Assembly (NCBI GenBank): GCA_001244265.2 | Contig: CDLV01000006.1 | Coordinates: forward strand, 2,356,001-2,420,000 | Direction: 5' to 3' | DNA: 64,000 bases | Source of the DNA: Microbotryum violaceum | Taxonomy: Eukaryota | Shown here: piece after piece, positions 54,995-64,000 of the stretch | Position numbering within the stretch: position 1 is the stretch's first letter | How the letters are laid out: each line of letters begins with the position of its first letter | Notes under the pieces: generated by a model | The model's input: only the letters and a program-made list of their open reading frames with translations | The model's database searches: none | What the model was told of the DNA's origin: nothing | Made by a program: the position numbers and the translations under genes

Positions 54995-55451
54995 TCGCAA
55001 CGGAGTGGCCCGGTGATCGGATGCCAGCTCGCGTCGGCTGCGAAGCGGATGTTGCTTGCTGGCGAAGAAGTTGACTAGTGTATGGTGGGGGAGTAGCTTT
55101 ACTTTTGCTCCAAGATGTCGTTCCAGAGAGATTGTCTAGAGATGGGTGAATTCGCTCGCAAGTTGTGCCGAAGGATGCAGATTGTGGGTAGTGGAGCGCT
55201 GCTACTAGAGGGCACCGGTGCCGTGTGGCCGACGGTCACGCGCTCGCGTGAAGTGAGACGCTTGCTTGGAGTCAGAACTTCAGAGCGTCAGAGAGCCCCA
55301 GGCGGGGCTGGCGCTGGCCGTGGGCCTGGCAGTCGTCGCTGGCTGGCTGGCGCGCCAGCGGGCGCAGAATGGCGCAGGCGTGCGGCGTGAGGAAAACGAG
55401 CCTAGGGCGCCCACACCGCTTCTGCTCCCGACGATACACTCGATCCAAAAG

Positions 55452-57327
55452 ATGGCCCAAGTTCGAAGTGCCAACCCTTTCGCTCTCCTCGGTGGTCAGT
55501 CATCCTCTCCTATGTGGTCCTTCTGTGCAGCATTCGTCTGCGTTGCCAGAGATCCGAAGCCGCCCTTTCCCTTCCTCCGCTTCTCGAAAGTGGGTTCACG
55601 CGACCTCCTGGCGGGCGGTGCGGCCCCACCGACGGAGGTGTCGACCTCTCCATACCAGCTCGCCCAACTTTCAAGCGACACAGACACCTATCCACCACAC
55701 TACGCCGTGATTTTGAATGACCTGAGCTGACCTTGTGGTTGTATCTGTTTTGTGTGTATGCCTCTTTCGACAGACGACGGCGAGGATTCCGCTCCCGTCG
55801 CTGCTCCCAAGGCCGCACCCGCCGCTGCGCCCGCCGCTCAAAAGCCCATCGTCGGTGCTCGCCAGCCGCAGAAGAAGGAAAAGAACCAAGCCGACAAGCG
55901 CGTCATCAACCCCGATGCCCCTGCCGCCCCTGGAGACTTGAAGGAGGAGCGTGGTGAGTCTCGCGTGACCGTAGCAGCTCTCCCACCATTCTCCCATCAG
56001 CGGGTCCCTCCCCCCTTTCCTTTGCGTGCTTCGGCTCGTCAGCCGCGCCTGGGCCTTGCGACGACGTTCTCGAACAGGTGATGCACCGCGCCGAATCCGT
56101 CACCTCTGCATTCTTTCCACCCTAGTTGCAACATCCCAGAATTATTGTTTAAAGATCGTGTCACTGACTAGGACTTTTGGTCACCCTTGATCTCTCATTT
56201 CGCGCATTCCGCTTTTTTCCCCTCCCCTCCTGGAAACTCTCGACGCTAATTTCGCCCAAACGATACATACAACCTACTCGACGTATCGTTCTGTCTTCTA
56301 ATCGGCTCTCGTCGACGCTTTGGACTACACAGCTGCCTCGTTCGGTGCCCGCGGACGTGGTGGTCGCGGAGGGCGAGGACGTGGTGCTGGCAACCCCCGA
56401 TCCAACGCCGGTACCTACCTCGGAGGTGACCGCCCGCGTCGTGAGAACGGCGGTGGACGTGTTTTCGACAGACAGTCTCAGACCGGTCACAGGTCAGTTC
56501 AACCCCACATGTTTGCTGTCAAGGCGCCGGTGCCAGATGCAGCCCCAGCAGCATCACAATGAGCCGAGGTGTAACAGGTGGCTGATGGGAGAATCAACAA
56601 CGTTTTTCTACATTGCTTTTGTACAGGGACTCTGACAAGGCCGAGGCCCAGGGATGGGGTGCCGAGGAGGGCCAGCAAGAGCTCGAGGCCGAGAAGCTCG
56701 GCGAGGCCGATGCTCAAGCCGATGGCGCCGCCACGCCCGCCGCCGTTGACGGTGCTTCGACCCCGGTCGTCTCTGCCGCCCCCGTCGAGGAGGAGGACAA
56801 CTCGCAGACCTACGAGGAGTACCTCGCCGCCCAGGCCGAGCGCAAGCTCAACATCGCGCTTCCTGAGGCTCGCAAGATCGAGGACGCCGATGAGATCAAG
56901 GGTGTGAAGGCCGTCAAGAAGGGCGAGCAAGAGGAGGAGGAGTTCCTCGCCCAACAGAAGGTGCGTTTTTTTGGGACTTAACGGAAGGGATGGATGAAGG
57001 TGATGAAGGTTGGGAACTGCTACTCACTATGGCGATGCTTTGGGAATCGAGTAGAAGGAGGCCAAGGCCCCCAAGGAGAAGAAGACCAAGACTTTCCTCG
57101 AGGTTGAGTTCCGTCACCAGCCGCCGCGCCGCGATGGCGAGGACGGTGCCCGTGGTGGCCGGGGTGGCCGAGGACGCGGTGAAGGCCGTGGACGCGGTCG
57201 TGGTGAGGGTCGCGGTGGAGGACGTGGTCGTGGTGGCCGAGGCGGCAACGCCAACGGTGCTGCCCAAAACGGCTCGAGTAACGCTGGCGTCAACCTTGAC
57301 GACAACACCGCCTTCCCTAACCTGTAA
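55452..57327 (+). CDS. STM1: Stm1/SERBP1-like ribosome-binding RGG protein (HABP4/PAI-RBP1 family), 5 exons
   Basis: SANPFALL, RVFDRQSQTG.RDS.K...GWG, TYEEYLA, RGG tracts and C-terminal NLDDNTAFPNL. Confidence 0.85.
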
Positions 57328-58143
57328 ATGCGGAGTGCAACAAACACACTTGGGCCAGCGAATCGCGAATCGTTTACTCGACTTCTGCGGTTCTTAAATC
57401 TCCATCACACCGAAATACCACCCCAAAACACCTTCACTTCTTCCACCCCGCCCTTAACCCCACCCGAACCACCCTCAAAAGAAGATTCGACTTTTTAGTT
57501 CACCTTGACGGGCGATCACCACGACGACGACGACGGATGGCTTGACTCGTAGCCTCTGTTTCCCCTCTATTTTCAAAGATGCGGTCCCCTCTCCTGATTG
57601 CTCTCATTCTCCCCTTTTGTCGTCAACAATCCGTCGATTCTTCCTTCCACCTCCACCAACCCCTTATTCTCGCAATAACATTTCTTTTTCGCGTTTCCCC
57701 CCTCTTCTTCGCTTCTCGCAACTCGAACTGTTTTTTGTCGATTTCACCCCCTCCTCCCCTCCCTGACCATCCTCGGCGGCTCTCTCGTGTCTTGTTAGAT
57801 TGTCGTCCCAGTTTCGTTTGCCTTCTCTCTCTTCCTTCCACTTTCTACTACTACTGAAAAACCTACAAGGATTCTGGCAAATCGAACGACCATTAGAAAG
57901 CGGCAGCTTTGAGAGTTTGGTGAGTTGAGAGGGAGCTGCTGCACTCGCTTGTATTTGTGCATCCGTTGTGGAGCTCGGCGCGCTCGGACAACTCTCGGAC
58001 ACAGGTGACAGATTGGGCCGGCTGAGACGCGCTTCCCGCGCTGTTCGCTTGTTCCTGCAACAACCACCTACCACCATCAAGCAAGCGAAGCACGATCAGG
58101 AAGCCCTCTTCAAAGCTCTCGTTTCACCTTCCCGTCCTCGACC

Positions 58144-58505
58144 ATGTCCTCCCTCAGATCACAATTATCCGAGATCAAACAAGGGCAGATCCAGAACCTC
58201 TCGCAACAACTGGCGACGTTGGCGCAACAGACGGCCAAGTTGGAACACTTGACGGTTGCGACGGCCGAGCAAGCGAGTTACCTGAGGTTGTTGGGCGCTT
58301 ACCATGCGGCTTGGTCAGTCTTGGAAGGGTGGGAAGGGGCTGCCATTTCGTCGTGAAGGGTTGGGTCGGGGGTTGGTTGAATCTGATGACGGGCGGCTCT
58401 CTCTAAACGGTGGTGTGTAGGTTCATGAGTGCTGCCAGAATCATGACGTCCGAGGACGATGCATCGCAAGCACCACCAACGCAAACACCGACGGCCGAAG
58501 CATAA
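58144..58505 (+). CDS. HSK3: DASH/Dam1 complex subunit Hsk3-like, 2 exons (intron 58314-58420)
   Basis: The spliced product QIQNLSQQLATLAQQTAKLEHLTVATAEQASYLRLLGAYHAAWFMSAARIM matches the Hsk3 pattern (L..QLA.L......LE.L...T..QA...R.LG..H...FMAA). Confidence 0.8.
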
Positions 58506-58885
58506 GGAGTACTTGACGGGAGGATGGACGGTGGTGGATCAGCACGCGTCGAGGCGCGACTGCTGGACGGGCAGGCAGGCAAAGAGAGGCGGGGCAAAGA
58601 GAGGAGGGTGTTTGAACTTGTCTTGAGTACTATTGTTGTAAATGTACGTTTCCGTCCCCACGATTGCTACTTTGGACGTGGACATCATCTCGTACAGCAC
58701 CCGGATGACTGCCGAATCGGGCCGCCGCAGTTGCTCTTCTCCGTCCTGCCTGTTAGGATCGCCGAGCAGCGTGTCAGCGCGGTCTAGCGCGGTGGCGCGG
58801 TGGCGTGGTAGCGTGGTAGCGTGTCAGACTCAGCCTGCCCGAGCCGGGGGCATTCGACCCTACTCCGGTCGATCCGATCCGTACC

Positions 58886-61800
58886 ATGGTCACAGCCGCA
58901 GGCTCATCACCCTCGACCTCTCGGCTCACATCGCCTGTTCGGTCACCCACGGCGGCGAGCGTTCGCTCCACTACGGTGGTTCAGCGCGAGCTCGGACCGC
59001 CTCGTGTTCCTGCTCAAGCTGCTGTTGCTGGGGCAGACGAACGACTTGGGCGACCACTGGCCTTTGGTGAGCCTGGGCCAGAAGTGACTTGTTCGACATC
59101 ACAAGTCACGGAGGCCCAGGTCGGGCGAGTCGGTCAAGTCGAGCAGGCCGCCCCTCATGTTCCTTCTGCCCCGCCCCCTGCGCCCACATTTGCACCTACT
59201 TCGGCCCTAGATCCCGCATCCATAGTATCAACTTCAACATCCGTTATACCCGCCACATTGCACCCTCCGTCCGCAACTCAAGCCGATGGGTCTTCCGAGG
59301 CCAGCAGCAGCCGTCGAGAAAGGTCCAAGGGTTCAGCTTCGAGAGCACCGAGGATCGTCCCGCTTCCAATCCGAAATGGACGTAGCGAACCAGGCGGGAG
59401 GTTGGTGTTGGACAAGTTCACAGTGTATGAAACGAACTTGGTATGTCTTGGATCGACCTCTTCGCGGATTCCGAGCTCATCAAACGCCAGGTCGACGAGG
59501 TTTGCTGACCGGCATCTCATGTTTGGGGAGCGGGCAGAAAATCTACATCATCGCGTGCAACCAGTCCGACTCGAGGTATCGCGTTCTCAAGATTGATCGA
59601 GCAACATCTTCACCATCAATGACGGCAGCACCCATCGCGTTCTCATCAGCGCTGAACCCGATCTTGACGACAAATTCGACAGCCACAACCACGAACGAAG
59701 ATTCGTCCGAGCCATCGGCAGCGGATCCTTCGAAGAAGGGCAAAGCGGCACGAATGACGGAAGAAGCGAAAGAAGGACTCGTCATTACCGAAGACGAAAC
59801 CATCTACTCCCGCGACGAGATTGAGTTGCTCAAAGAGACCTTGAGCGCCGGCAATGCGGGAGGGTTGCGCAAAGTCGACGGCACCTTTTACGGCATCGTT
59901 GGCTTCATCCGGTTCACCGATCCTTATTACATCGTCCTCATCAAAAGACGGCAACATGTCGCGCTCATTGGAGGGCATTACATCTATCATTGCGAGGAAG
60001 TCGTTCTGAGACCCATCACTTCGAGCGCGGTGACGACTCGAAGCACCGAAGAGGCTCGACGGATCCATGCGTTCCAAGGCGTCGACCTTTCTAAGAACTT
60101 CTACTTCTCCTACACCTACGACGTTACGCATACGCTGCAACACAACTTGACTCGATCTGGAGGGCCTTCTTTGAATGTTGATGGTGGGGGAAGGAATGAC
60201 CCGCTGACGACGTACAACGGCAAGTGGGTGTGGAATCGCTTCTTGCTAACGCCGGCGTTCGCGCACCTCAAGCAGGATAGCCCTTGGGTCTTGCCTTTGA
60301 TTCACGGCTTTGTGGACCAAGCCAGTGAGGATCCAGCCCGCAAAATATATGGTAGATAGCTGAAACTGATATGCGCTGCCTCCATCAGAACTGTCGGTGT
60401 TCGGGCGGACGATCTACATCACCCTCATCGCACGTCGATCGAGGCACTTCGCCGGAGCCCGTTTCCTCAAGCGCGGCGCCAACGAACAAGGCTACGTCGC
60501 GAACGATGTTGAGACTGAGCAGATTGTCTCGGATGCCTTGACGACTTCGTTCCACTCCCCTTCCGCGGCAACGCATCAGCATCCTGCAACGGGTGAAAGT
60601 CATCAGAATCGGAGGCCCAATCCGAGGTTCACAAGTTTCGTCCAGGTCCGAGGGAGTATTCCTCTATTCTGGAGTCAAGAAAGCACCAATATGAGCCCGA
60701 AGCCACCGATTGAATGCGAGTGTCTTGAAGTCGGAGCGACCGAAGTACATCACCATGCTGAACCTGCTGTGTTCTCCTGCAGTGACGATCGTCGACCCGT
60801 ACTTTACTGCTGCCGCTCTCCACTTTGACGACCTATTGGGTCGGTATGGAGGTCCGATCACCATTCTGAATCTGATCAAGGTGAGTAGCGAATGACTAGC
60901 GAGAACTCTAACTACGTGACTGAACCCGGAACCCGGAACCTGTCCTATACCCCAACTCAGCAAAAAGAACGCACCCCTCGCGAGTCGAAGCTTCTACCCG
61001 AGTTCAAGCAATGCATCGACTACCTCAACCAGTTCCTCCCGGATGAGCACAATATTGAGTACATTGCTTGGGACCTTGCGGCTGCGAACAAGCGACGGGA
61101 CAAAGATGTGATCGGCGTGCTCGAGGACATCGCGGAGGAATCGCTGGCCAAGACCAAGTTCTTCCACACCGGCCCCGAACCGACATGGTTCAAGATCCAC
61201 CCGGACGCTTCGCATTCCATGGAATATCGCTCGACTCCTCTGTTACAATCCGGTGTGGTCCGAACGAACTGCATCGATTGCCTTGATCGGACAAATGCGG
61301 CTCAGTTCGTCATTGCCAAAGCTGCGCTGGGCCATCAGTTGCACGCCCTAGGCATCATCGACTATCCTCGCGTCCCTTTCGAGAGCGATGCGGTGAACAT
61401 GATCATGGAGATGTTTCACGATCACGGAGATACGGTCGCGTTACAATACGGTGGATCCCATCTTGTCAATACTATGGAGACGTATCGCGGCATTGCGCAA
61501 TGGACCAGTCACTCGAGGGACATCGTCAACAATCTTCGCCGGTATTACACCAACTCTTTCGTTGATGCGGATAAGCAAGCAGCGATCGACGTCTTTCTCG
61601 GGATCGAGGCACCCGTAGCTCATCAACCTCCACTTTCGTATTCGCAAACCAAGAACAGGCGCTCGTACCGCAATTGGTACACGCCCGAGCACCTCAAGGC
61701 GTCCCTCACGCCAAGCGAGGCCGAACGACGCCTCAAAGCCACGGTCGAAGACGATGACGCGTCAGGTTCAGCAAACTATTGGCAGGCCTTCTATCGTCCT

Positions 61801-62676
61801 CAGTTGTTGACGCAATTTGACAAGCACTTTGCTGTCATCATGAACTCGACGTCGAGGTACCTCAAAGCTGCGGCGCTCATCTCGGATGGGCCTGACGCAA
61901 GCCCTTTCGTGGCTAGGCATGCTCTGAATGTGGCTCAGCATCGGTCAGTCAGACTGCATTACTTCATCGACGAGTTATGGGCTAATCCCTTGCACCAACT
62001 GTATGATTCGCTCAGACTCCAAAACCCCTCAAAGCTGCCGCGGCCTCGGAGTGGCACGCGTGGAGCCGGGGTTGGCGGTTCACGCCCCGCTTCGTCGCTG
62101 CGCTCCCGCATTGAGGCACAGCGCATTGATGAAGCATCCTCCACGACGGGAACGACTCGGACCAGGAACTCATCGACCCAAGCTCAGAGTCATGGACAGC
62201 GTTCGTCCTCTTCCCTCGGGGTGGTTGCCGTGCCCTCCCACGTCGCGGCTGTGCCTTCGGTCGTCGGCCCCGGTGGCGCCGTCGCGCCGGTGACAGAGGC
62301 CCTCGTCCATCGACTGCTCGAGCCACGCGTTGAGCCCATCGAAGCGCGAGAATACACCTCGTGGGTCGAACAGTTCCAACACCTCTCGCTGGCCCAAGAG
62401 TTGAGCGATAAGGACGCGCGCCTCTACGAAGAGCACGCCGGCCTCGCCGGTCAGCCCTTGTCCGCGGTCTTGACCAGCAGCATGGGCCATGATCCGCGCT
62501 TCGAGCAATGGAGGGAGGATGATAGAGGAGGTGGGGGTGGTGGTAGTGATGATCGGGACGAATTGGGTTCGTGGATGGACAATCAAGGTGTTAGATTGAG
62601 GGTTGACTCGGCGAACGTGCTCCTGTATGAGGACATGGTGAGGCGCAGTCGCCCCGTCGCAATGATGGCCGGATAG
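58886..62676 (+). CDS. FIG4: Sac-domain PI(3,5)P2 5-phosphatase Fig4
   Basis: [64 protein letters not shown], catalytic [12 protein letters not shown], and [13 protein letters not shown]. Confidence 0.96.
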
Positions 62677-63504
62677 GGGCTATCCGCGCTGTGAACCGAG
62701 CTAAGTGTGGAGAAACCAGTGAAGCGCGTGATGAAATTCCTTCGAGGGGCCGAGCGCGTATGCGCCGCTAATTTAGTGTGGGCTCGGCGAGCGGAGTGTC
62801 ACGCTGGAAGCAATTTTTTTCTTCTTCTTTTTTCTTTTTCCCCTTTCCGTAGTTGCTATATGGTGTAGTTGACTGAAGGCGCAGAGAGTGTATTCGCAAA
62901 CCGGATGTTCCTCCTAAGAGAGAGTGCATACATTGAGGACCAGATTTGGACCACCTTGGGGCACTGGGCTTAGCTGGAGCTCGAGAGAACGAGGCGTGGC
63001 CCGCGAGCGAGCGGCCCGAGGCAGAGAGAGAGGGTCGTAGGTCGTCCTCTTGATCCTTTGACCTCGTGCTGGTCGACCGGGCGCACACACCTAGTCTGTA
63101 CTACCCTTTTCACGGACGTGTTGGTCCCTAAGCTAGTCGACGGAGCTATCTGTGAGTCCGTACACGACCCCGTGGTCTCGCGACGGCGTGTGCAGGGCAC
63201 CAGCTGACGAGGGTCGATCGCTTTTCAGCGCTGGCAGCTCAGACGACGACACGAGCTCGCGGCGATTGAGCTCGTCGTGCATCCCGGCCCGACAAAGTTA
63301 CGCAGCTTCCTTGGTTTCCAAAGGGTCCGAAAGACCACTTAAAGGCCGACTAGGTGCGTCGTCCTTACTTTTCGACTTGAGTGGCTCTGCCCCGGCGGCT
63401 GTGATTGAACGATCTTCGTCGCAGCTCGTTTGCTTCGTGCCCGTGCTCGTGCCGTCGTAGCTGACTTATGTTCGTGCTTGGACAGACTCGGCATCCAGAC
63501 CGAG

Positions 63505-64000
63505 ATGGACTCGGGTCATTATGCGCTACTTCCTCCGCTCGAACAAGGTCTTGCACCGTTCTTAGCCTCGCTGCAGCCGGGCCCGGGCCCAGGCACTCAC
63601 ACCCACCACGCCCACACCCACGCCGGCCCAGATAGCAGCACCTCCGCTGGCGCCGCCCGAGCTCACGACGGCGGCGCACACCCTACTACGATGCGCGCCT
63701 CGACGAGGACAAGCTCGAGGTTGCAACCGTTGATACAACACTCGACTCCGCATTACGACTATTCCGACTGGATCAACTCGCACGGCCACTACGACGCGCT
63801 CGATGGCGCGACCGACGTTCTGATCCACCCCGCACCACCCCCGTCCTCCGAGTCGGCGCTCGCGGCCAGCCCTTCGTTTGCGCCTTACAATCCAACCAAA
63901 TTTGCGCTCGACCCAGCAGCAGCAGCAGCTGCCTCGGGCAGTCACCATAACCAGCACACCAATCTGCGAGCATCGCGTCGGTTGAGCAATGTACCCGGGT
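63505..64000 (+). CDS. Partial gene: low-complexity N-terminal region running off the window end
   Basis: Open frame from ATG 63505 (MDSGHYALLPPLEQG...) to the end of the window. It is preceded by a CTGAC...CAG intron 3' end at 63461-63485. Confidence 0.55.
   Translation, partial: MDSGHYALLPPLEQGLAPFLASLQPGPGPGTHTHHAHTHAGPDSSTSAGAARAHDGGAHPTTMRASTRTSSRLQPLIQHSTPHYDYSDWINSHGHYDALDGATDVLIHPAPPPSSESALAASPSFAPYNPTKFALDPAAAAAASGSHHNQHTNLRASRRLSNVPG

Overview
This is a gene-dense, GC-rich, intron-containing fungal genome window. Intron sizes (about 60-90 nt), splice signals and protein content point to a basidiomycete yeast, plausibly Microbotryomycetes-like (inference). About 18 host genes can be read after splicing by hand: an Msg5/Rok1-like MAPK phosphatase, a Yvc1-like TRP channel, MTO1, a GATA factor, GYP2/MDR1, a nitronate monooxygenase, a FUSC/ArAE transporter, DBP5, STE14, a Flc/TRP-domain protein, an alkenal reductase, AAH1, an unknown protein, a TMEM135-like protein, PXR1, STM1, HSK3 and FIG4, plus a partial gene at the right edge. 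There are two accessory zones. (1) A 4.7-kb Ty1/copia LTR retrotransposon (4412-9139) has a 5-bp TSD and a half-tRNA-iMet PBS; its 3' LTR carries two extra back-to-back intron-shaped 79/80-nt units that are absent from the 5' LTR. (2) A foldback element (26333-26727) lies next to a 4.3-kb element with 137-bp CAC...GTG TIRs (26885-31215), which has no recognisable transposase but carries orphan cargo ORFs and an internal array of palindromes. Other oddities are an in-frame TGA at an expected Trp position of AAH1, a PXR1 start codon apparently split by an intron, a dispersed fragment of the transporter gene, and long structured STM1 introns (snoRNA candidates). All calls were made by eye without database searches. 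CDS coordinates span introns and some gene ends are approximate.
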